NCBI GenBank assembly: GCA_965649225.1 | Contig: CBFGJX010000029.1 | Location: 1 to 14,509 of the forward strand | Length of the DNA stretch: 14,509 bases | Direction of reading: 5' to 3' | Origin: a candidate division WOR-3 bacterium | Lineage (GTDB): Bacteria; Hydrothermota; Tepidihabitantia; Tepidihabitantales; Tepidihabitantaceae | In this document: positions 1 to 9,098 of the stretch, piece after piece | Position numbering within the stretch: position 1 is the stretch's first letter | Layout of the letters: every line of letters begins with the position of its first letter | Made by a program: the position numbers and the translations under genes | Notes under the pieces: model-generated | What the model was told of the DNA's origin: nothing | The model's database searches: none | The model's input: only the letters and a program-made list of their open reading frames with translations

Positions 1-1263
1 GTAACTGAAATAAACCCCTTCACTGGATGCAGCCAGTGCCAGCACCTGCCCCGCGCCCCGGTCCAGGTCCAACAGCACATCCCCGCTCGGTGCCACCAGC
101 GCCCGCAAATCTCCGGGCACCGACCAGAACACCCGCGCCCCGGACCCGCCCGGCCCATCGGCTCCGGCCAGCAGCTCGATCCCATCAGCCGGCCCGCCAC
201 CTTCCAGCACGTAACGCCGGCCGCTGCCATCCAGACCCACATGTCCCAGCCGGCCCGGCCCGGACTCGGACCAGTACACGCTCGAACCGACAATGACCAG
301 CCCGTCACGCTCCGACAACCTGCCCGGCGCCACAAACCCGCCTGGCACCAGTGGCTCACTCTGTCGCGTCGCCAGCGTGAGCTTGCGAATCTCGCAGCTG
401 TCCGACGTCGGCGCCACGACCGCAAACACCACCACGCCCGGCACGGCCGCCACACGACCGACCACCCGGTCATTCGGTGCAACACCCGCAATGGAAAACA
501 GCGTCTCCATCGCACCACCGCTGGCCGGAACCAGCGAAACTCCGGACCTCAGCGTCTCTCCTTCACGCTCAATCCACGAAAAGAAAACGCCATCATCCGA
601 CACCGCCAGCGCGGTCGGCTCAAAACCCGCACTGTTCGACTCAAACACCGTATCGGCCGCGCCACCCGTCCGGTCCAGCCCGACGATGCGCGTTCCGGGT
701 CCGGCCGCGTCCTGCTCCAGCATCCACACCCGGCCCCGGTGATACCCAAGCGCCCGGGCAACGCCAGCGCGGCTTGCCACGACCCCGGAATCACCCGCGC
801 ACCCGCCACACCACCAGCGGACGACATACCCGCCGTCCGTGAACTCGGCGAAGTACACCCGTTGCGAATCCGCCGCCAGAAGCACTGCGGCCGTGGCGGT
901 CAAAAACCGCGGCCTGCCGCCGCACAGACCTTCGGCAACAGTGATGACCAGCGACGACTCGGCCGCCCGGCCAGCTTCACCGGTCACGGTCACGCTCACC
1001 GTATCGACCGCGTTCATATTCGGCGCGATATACAAAGACGACCGGCCCGTATCCGGCCGCACCTCGCCCAGCCGTGCCCGCCACTCGATCACCACCGCCC
1101 CGCCGCCCGGGTCTTCGGCCGAACAGAAAAGCCGCGCCACGCCCGACCGCGTCACCGAATCCGGCTCGGCCCGCAGCTCGGTTATCAGCGGGGCCCGGTC
1201 GCGCGGGCAACCGGCCAGAACGGCCGCCAGCGCAACAAAAACGACAAACCGCAAACCCATCAC
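1..1263 (-). CDS. Putative lipoprotein (N-terminal Ig/PKD-like domain followed by beta-rich, possibly beta-propeller region); 3' end outside window
   Basis: Absent from the ORF track because it has no stop in the window. I read the frame by hand and found no stop from GTG 1263 / ATG 1260 to base 1. It begins MGLRFVVFVALAAVLAG-C (signal peptide with LAGC lipobox), with a GAGGT RBS 7 nt before the GTG. Later VYFAE, VFFSW, VYWSE, VFWS and VYFS strands recur. Domain calls are inference. Confidence 0.8.
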   Translation of the reverse strand, partial: MMGLRFVVFVALAAVLAGCPRDRAPLITELRAEPDSVTRSGVARLFCSAEDPGGGAVVIEWRARLGEVRPDTGRSSLYIAPNMNAVDTVSVTVTGEAGRAAESSLVITVAEGLCGGRPRFLTATAAVLLAADSQRVYFAEFTDGGYVVRWWCGGCAGDSGVVASRAGVARALGYHRGRVWMLEQDAAGPGTRIVGLDRTGGAADTVFESNSAGFEPTALAVSDDGVFFSWIEREGETLRSGVSLVPASGGAMETLFSIAGVAPNDRVVGRVAAVPGVVVFAVVAPTSDSCEIRKLTLATRQSEPLVPGGFVAPGRLSERDGLVIVGSSVYWSESGPGRLGHVGLDGSGRRYVLEGGGPADGIELLAGADGPGGSGARVFWSVPGDLRALVAPSGDVLLDLDRGAGQVLALAASSEGVYFSY

Positions 1264-1350
1264 TGGCTACACCTCGATTCTGAATCGGGATTCATTCGCT
1301 TCGCCCGCCGCCCGGCCTCGTAACGACCGGCCCGGTTCGGTTCACGCCAA

Positions 1351-1380
1351 ATCTTACTCGCGGCGCCCTGCCCGGGTCAA
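1351..1380 (-). promoter_or_regulatory. Sigma70-type promoter of the lipoprotein gene
   Basis: Minus strand reads TTGACC (1380-1375), 18-nt spacer, TAAGAT (1356-1351), about 90 nt upstream of the start codon. Confidence 0.55.
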
Positions 1381-1412
1381 GGACACACACGGACAGTTGT
1401 CCTGCATCTGGT

Positions 1413-4400
1413 TCATGCGGCCCAGCGCTGGGCAACCAGCTCGGCCTGCTGCAGTACAGTCTGAATCGCCTGCGCCTGTTTGTCCGGCGGGTAGCCGTGC
1501 TTGCGCAGCACCCGCTTCACCAGCACGCGTAGCCTCGCCCTAGCGCTTTCCTTCAGCGTCCAATCGATAGTGACGTTTTTGCGGATGGTGTCGGCCACCT
1601 CACGGGCAATCGTTCTCAACACCTCGTCACCCAGTACGCTGACGGCACTGTCATTGGTTTCCAGCGCGTCGTAGAACGCCAGCTCATCGTCGGACAGCGC
1701 CAGCTTCGCTCCGCGCTCAGCGGCCTCGCGCATCTCCCGTGCCAGCGCAATCAGCCGGTTGATAACCTCCAGCGTCTCGATGGTTCGGTTGTGGTACTCG
1801 ACGATTGTACGCTGCAACATCTCGGCAAAGGAACGCGACTGCACGAGGAACGTGCGCGACCGGACCTTAATCTCGTCGGCCAGCAGCTTGCGCAGCAGCT
1901 CGACCGCCAGGTTCTTCTGCGGCAACCCGCGCACCTCGGCCAGAAACTCGTCAGAAAGGATCGAAATGTCCGGCTTCTTCAATCCGGCCTCGGCGAAAAT
2001 GTCAATCGGTCTGTCGGCCGCAATCGCCCGCGACACTATCTGCTTGATAGCCTGGTCTAGCTCCTCGTCGGCAAGGCTCCTGGCCGATGATCTGCGCCCG
2101 AGTGCAGCGCGAACCGCCTGGAAGAACCCAACATCGTCGCGGATACGCCGTGTCTCCTCGTGTGGAACCGACAGAACAAAGGCGATCGACAGCTCCTTCA
2201 CCGCCTGTGCAAACCGCTCCTGACCATCCTCCTGGCTCAGGATGTGCTCCTGCGCCCTCGGCAGCAGCGCCAGCCGCTGAGCCGGCGTGCCGGTCCAGTC
2301 CGACCAATCAAAGCCGTGGAACAGCGCACAGCAGACCTCGTACTTCTCCAGCATCTTGGCCACAGCCTCTTCCTGACTGAAGGCCGGCTTACCACGGCCG
2401 CCACTTTCGCTGTAGTCGGCCAGCGCCTTCTTCAGCGAATCGGCGATGCCGATATAGTCCACAACCAGACCGCCCGGCTTGTCGCGGAACACCCGGTTCA
2501 CTCGCGCGATGGCCTGCATGAGCCCGTGTCCGCGCATCGGCTTGTCCAGATACATCGTGTGCAGGCAAGGCGCGTCGAACCCGGTCAGCCACATGTCACG
2601 GACAATCACGATCTGAAACGGGTCATTCGGGTCCTTGAATCGCTCAGCGAGCTGCCGGCGCTTCTCCTTGTTGCGAATGTGCGCCTGCCACTCGGGCGGG
2701 TCGGTGGCCGAACCGGTCATTACGACCTTGACCCGGCCGGTCTCATCGTCTCCGGCCCAGCCCGGCCGCAGCCGAACAATCTCATTGAAAAGGTCAACGC
2801 AGATGCGCCGGCTCATACATACAACCATCGCCTTGCCGTCCATCGCCTCCAGCCGCTTCTCCCAGTGCTCGACCAGGTCCCGTGCCACCTCAGCGATGCG
2901 TCTCTTAGCCCCGACCACCTTCTCCAGTCGCGCCCAGCGCGTTTTCAGCCGCTCGCGCCGGTCGACTTCCTCCTGTTCGGTCACCTCCTCAAACTCGGCG
3001 TCAACCCTCGGCTTCTCAGCCTCGGGCAGGTCAATCCTGGCCAGTCGGCTCTCGTAGTAAATCGGCACGGTCGCCTTATCCTCGACAGCGCGCTGGATGT
3101 CGTAGATGCTGATGTAGTCACCGAATACAGCCCTTGTGTCGCGGTCGGCGGACGAAATCGGCGTAGCCGTGAACCCGATAAACGACGCGTTGGGCAACGA
3201 ATCACGCATCCAGCGCGCCAGCCCGTCGATGAAGTCGTACTGACTGCGGTGCGCCTCATCAGCGATGACCACGATGTTTCGACGTTGCGACAGCGCCGCC
3301 GCCTTTCCTTTCACCTCAGGCAGGAATTTCTGTATCGTCGTGAACACCACGCCGCCCGAGGCAACCTGCAGCAGCGCCCGCAGGTGCTCCCGGCTTTCGG
3401 CCTGCACAGGCTGCTGACGCAGCAGCTCGGCGCATCCGCAGAACGTATTGAAAAGCTGGTCGTCCAGGTCGTTGCGGTCGGTGATGACCACCAGCGTCGG
3501 GTTCTCCATCGCGGGATGCTCGACCACCCGGCCGGCAAAAAACGCCATCGTCAGGCTCTTACCCGACCCCTGCGTGTGCCAGACGACGCCGGCCCGGCGG
3601 TCGCCCGAAGGCCGCGACGCACGCACCACTGCCTCCACCGCGGCCTGCACCGCGTGGAACTGGTGATACCCAGCCATCTTCTTGACCAACCGACCCGACC
3701 CGTCGTCGTCGAAAACGATGAACCAGCGCACCAGGTCCAGAAACCGCCGCCGGTCAAACGCCCCGCGCAGCAGCACCTCGAGGTGGGGCCGCGAGCTCGG
3801 CTCGACCTCCTGCCCGTCAATGGTGCGCCAGGGCAGGAACCACTCCTTGCCCGCGGTCAACGTACCCATCCGGGCCTCAAGCCCGTCGGATATCACCAAA
3901 GCCTCGTTGTAAATGTAAAGTGAGGGAATCTCGGCCTTGTAAGTCTGGTACTGCCCGTACGCGGACCAGATGTCCGCGCCCTCGTCGGCCGGGTTTTTCA
4001 GCTCGATGCCGGCCAGGGGCAGACCGTTGAGGAACAGCACGATGTCCGGCCGGCGGTTATGCCCGTTCTCGACGACGGTGAACTGGTTCACCGCCAGCCA
4101 GTCATTGTTGTCTGGGTCGTCGAAATCCACGAGCCGCACCGGATGCCCGCGCATCTCGCCGTCCGCGGCCCGGTACTCGCCGGTGATGCCGTCCACCAGC
4201 CAGCGGTGAAACTGCCGGTTGTTCATCGCCAGCAGCGGCGAATCCGGCACTAGCACCCGCCGCTCGGCCTCGAAAAGCAGGTCCTCGGGCAGGCCCGGGT
4301 TCAGCCGCGCCAGCGCGTCGCTGAACCGCCTGCGCAGGACAACATCGTCGTAGCTTTGCCGCTCGGCGAACAACTCGCCCGGCGCAATCTCCGGCCCGTG

Positions 4401-4478
4401 CTTCACCCCCCAGCCCAGCTCAGCCAACCAGGCCAGCGCAGCGTCTTCGACGACGGACTCGGAGAAGCGCTCAACCAT
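1413..4478 (-). CDS. hsdR: Type I restriction enzyme, restriction subunit HsdR
   Basis: Nuclease motif [21 protein letters not shown], Walker [14 protein letters not shown] box, FTATP, and QAIARVNR helicase motif. Start placed at ATG 4478 ([15 protein letters not shown], a typical N-terminus). GTG 4526, overlapping the upstream TAG, is an alternative start. Confidence 0.97.
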   Translation of the reverse strand: MVERFSESVVEDAALAWLAELGWGVKHGPEIAPGELFAERQSYDDVVLRRRFSDALARLNPGLPEDLLFEAERRVLVPDSPLLAMNNRQFHRWLVDGITGEYRAADGEMRGHPVRLVDFDDPDNNDWLAVNQFTVVENGHNRRPDIVLFLNGLPLAGIELKNPADEGADIWSAYGQYQTYKAEIPSLYIYNEALVISDGLEARMGTLTAGKEWFLPWRTIDGQEVEPSSRPHLEVLLRGAFDRRRFLDLVRWFIVFDDDGSGRLVKKMAGYHQFHAVQAAVEAVVRASRPSGDRRAGVVWHTQGSGKSLTMAFFAGRVVEHPAMENPTLVVITDRNDLDDQLFNTFCGCAELLRQQPVQAESREHLRALLQVASGGVVFTTIQKFLPEVKGKAAALSQRRNIVVIADEAHRSQYDFIDGLARWMRDSLPNASFIGFTATPISSADRDTRAVFGDYISIYDIQRAVEDKATVPIYYESRLARIDLPEAEKPRVDAEFEEVTEQEEVDRRERLKTRWARLEKVVGAKRRIAEVARDLVEHWEKRLEAMDGKAMVVCMSRRICVDLFNEIVRLRPGWAGDDETGRVKVVMTGSATDPPEWQAHIRNKEKRRQLAERFKDPNDPFQIVIVRDMWLTGFDAPCLHTMYLDKPMRGHGLMQAIARVNRVFRDKPGGLVVDYIGIADSLKKALADYSESGGRGKPAFSQEEAVAKMLEKYEVCCALFHGFDWSDWTGTPAQRLALLPRAQEHILSQEDGQERFAQAVKELSIAFVLSVPHEETRRIRDDVGFFQAVRAALGRRSSARSLADEELDQAIKQIVSRAIAADRPIDIFAEAGLKKPDISILSDEFLAEVRGLPQKNLAVELLRKLLADEIKVRSRTFLVQSRSFAEMLQRTIVEYHNRTIETLEVINRLIALAREMREAAERGAKLALSDDELAFYDALETNDSAVSVLGDEVLRTIAREVADTIRKNVTIDWTLKESARARLRVLVKRVLRKHGYPPDKQAQAIQTVLQQAELVAQRWAA

Positions 4479-4525
4479 GATGTTGGTCGCACGGCGTCGG
4501 ACTCCACTCGGTGACTGAGGTTGCA

Positions 4526-4729
4526 CTACCTGTCATATCTTGCGAGGTGAGGCGTAACGGATGTCATCGTACCGGTCAGGTGGCCGTAAGGCGCCCAGAA
4601 CAACACGGACTTCGCATCGCCTCCAGTCAATCGAACTTTCGCCAACTTCTCCTCCTTGGGTATCTCCCTGTCCGCGGTTATGGCCAGTTGGTAGAACCCG
4701 CCATCCACCGAGAGCAAGTCCTCAGCCAA
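4526..4729 (-). pseudogene. Probable frameshifted C-terminal part of the upstream nuclease-like gene (alternatively a separate 67-aa ORF with TTG start)
   Basis: This frame is open from about 4834 and overlaps the tail of the 192-aa ORF in the +1 frame. It reads KRKDETRRGSYRRVNLGGTLKPLAEDLLSVDGGFYQLAITAD... and ends at the hsdR 5' end. Confidence 0.5.
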
Positions 4730-5300
4730 GGGCTTCAGGGTTCCTCCAAGGTTGACACGCCGATAACTGCCACGCCGCGTCTCGTCTTTTCTCTTTTGGG
4801 AAGTGATAGAACCTATCGGTCGCCCGGTAATGATTCAGGAATTCTCTGGACACGAACTGCTCAGTCACAAGTCCATCCTTACGCCCCCTGCAAGCCTCAA
4901 GGGCGTGAATGAATCTCCACTTCAGTTCAAGCTGCCCATTGATGCTGCTGTTGAACATCTTGGACTGTTGCGATGGATCCACAAAAGACTTGTCGAATGG
5001 GAGGCATTTCGCCTCGACGAAGACAAACGACGCTCGCTGTGCGCATCTTACAAGGAGACCTGCGTCGGGACATCCGAATCCTTTCGGGCGCAGTTCGAAC
5101 TCGGTGTAAACACGATAGGACTCGAACTCGCCGCCGACCCCTTCCAGCAGATTGACTCCTGCTGAATTGCGGGACACTTCCAAAAGCGCTTTCAGTCCAG
5201 CGCCGTCGATACTCCCGAAGAAATGCGACATAACCCCTCGCTCCGAGTAGTATCGTATGTTCTGCGCGGAACCACCCTTACCATCATAGAACAGTCCCAT
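4722..5300 (-). CDS. Hypothetical protein with PD-(D/E)xK-type nuclease motif (probably truncated by a frameshift)
   Basis: Strong AGGAGG RBS at 5311-5306. The sequence YSERG...TEFEL..KGFGCPDAGLL...FVFVEAK matches the E...PD...ExK pattern. Spot counts give about 48-55% GC, lower than the flanking host genes. Confidence 0.7.
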   Translation of the reverse strand: MGLFYDGKGGSAQNIRYYSERGVMSHFFGSIDGAGLKALLEVSRNSAGVNLLEGVGGEFESYRVYTEFELRPKGFGCPDAGLLVRCAQRASFVFVEAKCLPFDKSFVDPSQQSKMFNSSINGQLELKWRFIHALEACRGRKDGLVTEQFVSREFLNHYRATDRFYHFPKEKRRDAAWQLSACQPWRNPEALG

Positions 5301-5365
5301 CCGAACCTCCTATCGCTTTAGCGAATCCCCCGGTATCGACCACCAAATCGGCAGGAGCGCGTCAG

Positions 5366-5497
5366 ACCGAAGCGCGAGCGACGAAGTCTGAGCGTTGAAC
5401 AGCGGGTCATTCAATCTCCACCTCGTACTTCGTCTTTCGCACTTCGCCGTTCGCCGTTCGCACTTCGAACTTCGTCGCTCTCCACTCGCAGTTCTCC
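5366..5497. repeat. Head-to-head degenerate 7-bp tandem repeat arrays spanning the hsdS stop codon
   Basis: Plus strand 5421-5497: cctcgta cttcgtc tttcgca cttcgcc gttcgcc gttcgca cttcgaa cttcgtc gctctcc actcgca gttctcc. Minus strand 5400-5366: gttcaac gctcaga cttcgtc gctcgcg cttcggt. A perfect 12-bp inverted repeat lies at 5376-5387 / 5469-5480. Confidence 0.8.
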
Positions 5498-6817
5498 CGA
5501 CATCAGCTTCGGCAGAAGCGCGTCGCGGATGGCGGCAAGGGTGCGGGATCGGGCAACATTCTGTTCCATCAGGTCGAACGTCGGAGTGGCAAGCCGGTCG
5601 AACCTGTCGACCAGTTCGGCCGGCGGCATCGGGAATTCCGGTCGTCTGAGTCCATCAGCGGCTAGCATATTGACCGTCGTGCCGTTAGTGCAGCCGATGA
5701 CCTGCTCTCGCACGTCGTGCGACATCAACAGGAAGTAGAGGAACCGCGGCGTCAAAGGCGACGCAGGCAGCGGGCGAACTCGGTACAGGTGGTGCGTGAA
5801 CAAGCCGTCGTCGCCGTAGCAGTGAGGGACAATCGCCGGAAAACCAATGAGGAGGTAGTCGAAGCCCTGCTCCGTATTCGCCACTATGAGGTCGCCAGCT
5901 TTGACAACGTGTCGGTCCCTGTACTCGCCGGTGTAGTGCTTCAACCCCTCGTGTTTGTAGCCGCCGCCTTCGTAAACAGAGTTGAGGTTATGAAGCGGCA
6001 ACCCTTCGTCAGCCAGTCCCTCGCCCTTGTAGCTCAGGCCCTTCTCTACGTGAACATGCTGCTCCAAAGCATCCACCTTCCACCCCTTCGGTATCTCGCC
6101 CAGTTCGGAGTCTTGGAAGGAGTCGGGGAACAGGGCGGCGATTTCGGGTTTCAATCCGGGGCAGGCAGCGCGGCTGACCTGCGCGTCTGTCCACTTCGGA
6201 TGCCGGCGGCGCACGGCGGCTTTGGCGCGGACCGGGTCGAAGTCCACGAACCAGGACTTGAAGATTGCCCGGGCCTTCTGCTCCAGCGTTTCGTTCATCT
6301 TCCGGTTCAGCTCAATCTTGTCATCCAGCGCGCCGAGGATGCGAGCGATGGCACGCTGGACTGGAAGAGGTGGAACTGCCACCTCCAACGAGGCAAGGGC
6401 TGCTGTCGGAACGCGCTGGCGCCCAGAGCTTCCGGTCATCTGGGATATGGCGTAGCTACGGACATACTCCGAGCGCGTCAGGTAGTAGGCGAAGTCATTG
6501 TCGGTAACTCCGGGGCGGCCGCGGATCACGATAAACTCAGTTGAACCGAACGCGACCTCGTCTGCGGTTGCGCCTGCGAAACGTGCTATCTTGCCGTTCT
6601 CTAGACACGGGGTGATCCTAGCCATTAGAGTATCGCCGTGCTCGAACCGCGAGCCTCCGCCATCAAACGTGCGTGCTTCAGATGCCCCGACAAACCGCGA
6701 ACCCGGCGACACTGCGTCCATGTCGACGAAGCCATAAGGTTTGCCCCGAGTAAGAACGGTCGGCGGGTTCACCTGAACGGCCTCGCCAAAGGGCATCTCC
6801 CGCCACTCGCTCGGCAT
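5411..6817 (-). CDS. hsdS: Type I restriction enzyme, specificity subunit HsdS
   Basis: Two TRD-like regions separated by the conserved central region PPLPVQRAIARILGALDDKIELNRKMNETLEQKARAIFKSWFVDFDPV...LGEIPKGW. The C-terminal conserved region is TLAAIRDALLPKLMSGELRV. Confidence 0.96.
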   Translation of the reverse strand: MPSEWREMPFGEAVQVNPPTVLTRGKPYGFVDMDAVSPGSRFVGASEARTFDGGGSRFEHGDTLMARITPCLENGKIARFAGATADEVAFGSTEFIVIRGRPGVTDNDFAYYLTRSEYVRSYAISQMTGSSGRQRVPTAALASLEVAVPPLPVQRAIARILGALDDKIELNRKMNETLEQKARAIFKSWFVDFDPVRAKAAVRRRHPKWTDAQVSRAACPGLKPEIAALFPDSFQDSELGEIPKGWKVDALEQHVHVEKGLSYKGEGLADEGLPLHNLNSVYEGGGYKHEGLKHYTGEYRDRHVVKAGDLIVANTEQGFDYLLIGFPAIVPHCYGDDGLFTHHLYRVRPLPASPLTPRFLYFLLMSHDVREQVIGCTNGTTVNMLAADGLRRPEFPMPPAELVDRFDRLATPTFDLMEQNVARSRTLAAIRDALLPKLMSGELRVESDEVRSANGERRSAKDEVRGGD

Positions 6818-6819
6818 AG

Positions 6820-7446
6820 TCAGTCCAGAAGCCAGCTCAGCTTCCTACGCTGCGCGGGCGTCAGCCCGAGATCTGGTCTCTGGGCCTTGTCGTACAGCGC
6901 TCCGCGCTGCAGGAACTGACCGTGGAACCAGTAGAGGCAGATCTCAAGCCTACGAACCGTCACCTTGAGCCTCCTGGCCCAGTACCGCATACGGTAGAGG
7001 AACTGAAGCCAGTCGTCGATTGAGAAGTCGCGGCCGCGGGGATTGCGTTTCACCACGCCAAGCCAGTAGAGCGCCTGCCAGTCTCGTATGTCGATGAACC
7101 CGTAAATCTTCGGGTCGATGGACGTGAGGATGCACGCAGCTACCGGGATGTTGACGCCCCACATGTCGTCCAGCTTCTGCATCCTGCGCTTCTCGTAGGA
7201 AGTTTTGAGCACCGCGGCTGTCGTCGCTCGAATGAACTCGTCGCTGTTCCTGTTGAACAGGTGCCGCGGCCGCGCCGACTTCCGCTCGCACACAGCCATG
7301 AACTCAGGCTTGGTGTAGTACCCGCGCCGCTTCGCCCGCTTCGAGAGCTTGACCAGGTCCGGCAGTAGCTCATCGTCCCAACCCGAGTAGTAAACCAAGA
7401 TCCGACGTAGCGCCACCTCGGGCGGCGGTATCGCCTTAGCCGCCAT
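6820..7446 (-). CDS. Putative helix-hairpin-helix DNA glycosylase-like protein
   Basis: 208 aa, basic and predicted helical. It has an HhH-like motif [17 protein letters not shown], followed by P..Y.FID.R containing a candidate catalytic Asp. It overlaps the hsdM stop by 11 nt and ends 2 nt before the hsdS ATG. The family call comes from motif recognition only. Confidence 0.65.
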   Translation of the reverse strand: MAAKAIPPPEVALRRILVYYSGWDDELLPDLVKLSKRAKRRGYYTKPEFMAVCERKSARPRHLFNRNSDEFIRATTAAVLKTSYEKRRMQKLDDMWGVNIPVAACILTSIDPKIYGFIDIRDWQALYWLGVVKRNPRGRDFSIDDWLQFLYRMRYWARRLKVTVRRLEICLYWFHGQFLQRGALYDKAQRPDLGLTPAQRRKLSWLLD

Positions 7447-9034
7447 ACCCCAGCCCTTTCAGGTTCTTCCGAATCTCCTTCTCCAGCCTCGCCGACTCCT
7501 TGAACTGCCTTTCCAGTTCTGCCGTGAGCCGCTTCATCTTGTCGGCGAACGGTTCGTCGTCCTCGGGCTGTGCCTCGGCCCCGACGTAGCGGCCGGGAGT
7601 GAGGATGTGGCCGTGGCGGCGAATCTCGTCCAGTGTTGCCGATTTGCAGAACCCGGCAATGTCCTTGTACTTGCCCGCGCCCTTCTGCCCGCGCCACGCG
7701 TGGTAGGTGTCGGCGATTCTCTTGATATCGTCATCGGTCAGTTCCCGGTGGGTGCGGTCGACCATCTTACCCAGCTTGCGCGCGTCGATGAACAATGTCT
7801 CGCCCCGGTGGTCGCGCAGCTTGCCGCCCTTCTTGTCACGAGCGATGAACCACAGGCAGACCGGTATCTGGGTCGAGTAGAAGAGCTGACCGGGCAGGGC
7901 GACCATGCAGTCAACAAGGTCGGCCTCGATGATGTTCTTGCGGATTTGGCCTTCGCCCGACTGGTTGGACGACATCGAGCCGTTGGCCAGTACAAAGCCG
8001 GCCGAGCCCGTGGGCGCGAGGTGGTGAATGAAATGCTGGACCCAGGCGAAGTTCGCGTTGCCCGCCGGCGGCACGCCATACTTCCAGCGCTTGTCGTTGA
8101 CAAGCCTCTCCCCGCCCCACTCGTCGTCGTTGAACGGTGGGTTGGCCAGTATGAAGTCGGCCTTGAGGTCAGGGAATGCGTCGTTGTGAAACGAGCCTTC
8201 ATTGTTCCAGGCGATGTTGCCTTCGATGCCGCGCAGGGCGAGGTTCATCATGCACAGCCGCCAGGTCGTCTGGTTGCGCTCCTGCCCGAACACCGATATG
8301 TCCCTGACTCTGCCGCCGTGCTCCTGCACGAACCGTTCGGACTGGACAAACATCCCGCCCGAGCCGCAGCACGGGTCGTAGACTCGGCCCTTGAACGGTT
8401 CGAGCATCGCTACGAGCAGACGGACAACGCAGCGCGGCGTGTAGAACTGACCGCCCTTCCTGCCCTCGGCGCTGGCGAACTGAGTAAGGAAGTACTCGTA
8501 AGCGCGGCCGAGCAGGTCCTTGGACCGGCTCTCTTTGTCGCCAAGCCCGACACCGGCGAAGAGGTCTATCAGCCCGCCGAGCGTGGTCTTGTCAATCTGC
8601 TCGCGCGCGTAGTTCTTGGGCAGGACACCTTTGAGCTTGGGGTTGTCGCGCTCGATGGCGTCCATCGCGTCGTCGATGAGCAGGCCGATCCTAGGGTCCT
8701 TGGCCCGGCTCTGAAGGTAAGACCAGCGGGCCTGGTGCGGCACGAAGTACACCTTCTCCATCGTGTAGGAATCGCGGTCCTCAAGCGTCTCCTTGCGCTG
8801 GGCGGCATCCCGGGCATACCACTCGCTCTTGGGGTCGGCGGTCGCACGCTCGAGCTCGGCGTAACGTTCGGCGAAAACATCGGAGATGTATTTGAGGAAT
8901 ATCAGACCGAGAACGATGTGCTTGTACTCGGCCGCGTCCATCACGCCGCGAAGCTTGTCAGCGGCCCGCCAGAGCTGTGCCTCGAACCCGAGGGTGGCCC
9001 CGGTGTCGGATTTGTTTTTTCTGCCTCGAGCCAT
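7436..9034 (-). CDS. hsdM: Type I restriction enzyme, modification subunit HsdM (N6-adenine methyltransferase)
   Basis: N-terminal [19 protein letters not shown]-binding DPCCGSGG and catalytic NPPF motifs. GGAGG RBS at 9046-9042. Confidence 0.97.
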   Translation of the reverse strand: MARGRKNKSDTGATLGFEAQLWRAADKLRGVMDAAEYKHIVLGLIFLKYISDVFAERYAELERATADPKSEWYARDAAQRKETLEDRDSYTMEKVYFVPHQARWSYLQSRAKDPRIGLLIDDAMDAIERDNPKLKGVLPKNYAREQIDKTTLGGLIDLFAGVGLGDKESRSKDLLGRAYEYFLTQFASAEGRKGGQFYTPRCVVRLLVAMLEPFKGRVYDPCCGSGGMFVQSERFVQEHGGRVRDISVFGQERNQTTWRLCMMNLALRGIEGNIAWNNEGSFHNDAFPDLKADFILANPPFNDDEWGGERLVNDKRWKYGVPPAGNANFAWVQHFIHHLAPTGSAGFVLANGSMSSNQSGEGQIRKNIIEADLVDCMVALPGQLFYSTQIPVCLWFIARDKKGGKLRDHRGETLFIDARKLGKMVDRTHRELTDDDIKRIADTYHAWRGQKGAGKYKDIAGFCKSATLDEIRRHGHILTPGRYVGAEAQPEDDEPFADKMKRLTAELERQFKESARLEKEIRKNLKGLGYGG

Positions 9035-9069
9035 TCGCCTGCCTCCGTCTGTACTTCGTGTAAGGCCGA

Positions 9070-9098
9070 AGGATAGAAAAGCCTTAAGGTTGCGTCAA
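9070..9098 (-). promoter_or_regulatory. Sigma70-type promoter of the hsd operon
   Basis: Minus strand reads TTGACG (9098-9093), 17-nt spacer, TATCCT (9075-9070), about 35 nt upstream of the hsdM ATG. Confidence 0.65.

Noticed and set aside
241..1323. 360-aa plus-strand ORF
   Set aside because: Arg/His/Pro-rich antisense shadow of the minus-strand lipoprotein gene, in the same codon register.
2160..3923. 587-aa plus-strand ORF
   Set aside because: Antisense shadow of hsdR with no recognisable motifs, as expected in GC-rich DNA.
4722..4724. Selenocysteine read-through of the nuclease TGA, given the nearby selC
   Set aside because: The plausible continuation is in a different frame, and no SECIS-like hairpin was recognised.
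4790..4800. C-CCA-AAA slippery heptamer for programmed -1 frameshifting
   Set aside because: The -1 frame reaches a stop within about 20 codons, and joining the two ORFs needs a +1 shift.
5421..5497. CRISPR array or hsdS shufflon
   Set aside because: The units are 7 bp with no spacers, and there is no second full hsdS, silent TRD or invertase in the window.
7607..9076. 489-aa plus-strand ORF
   Set aside because: Antisense shadow of hsdM.
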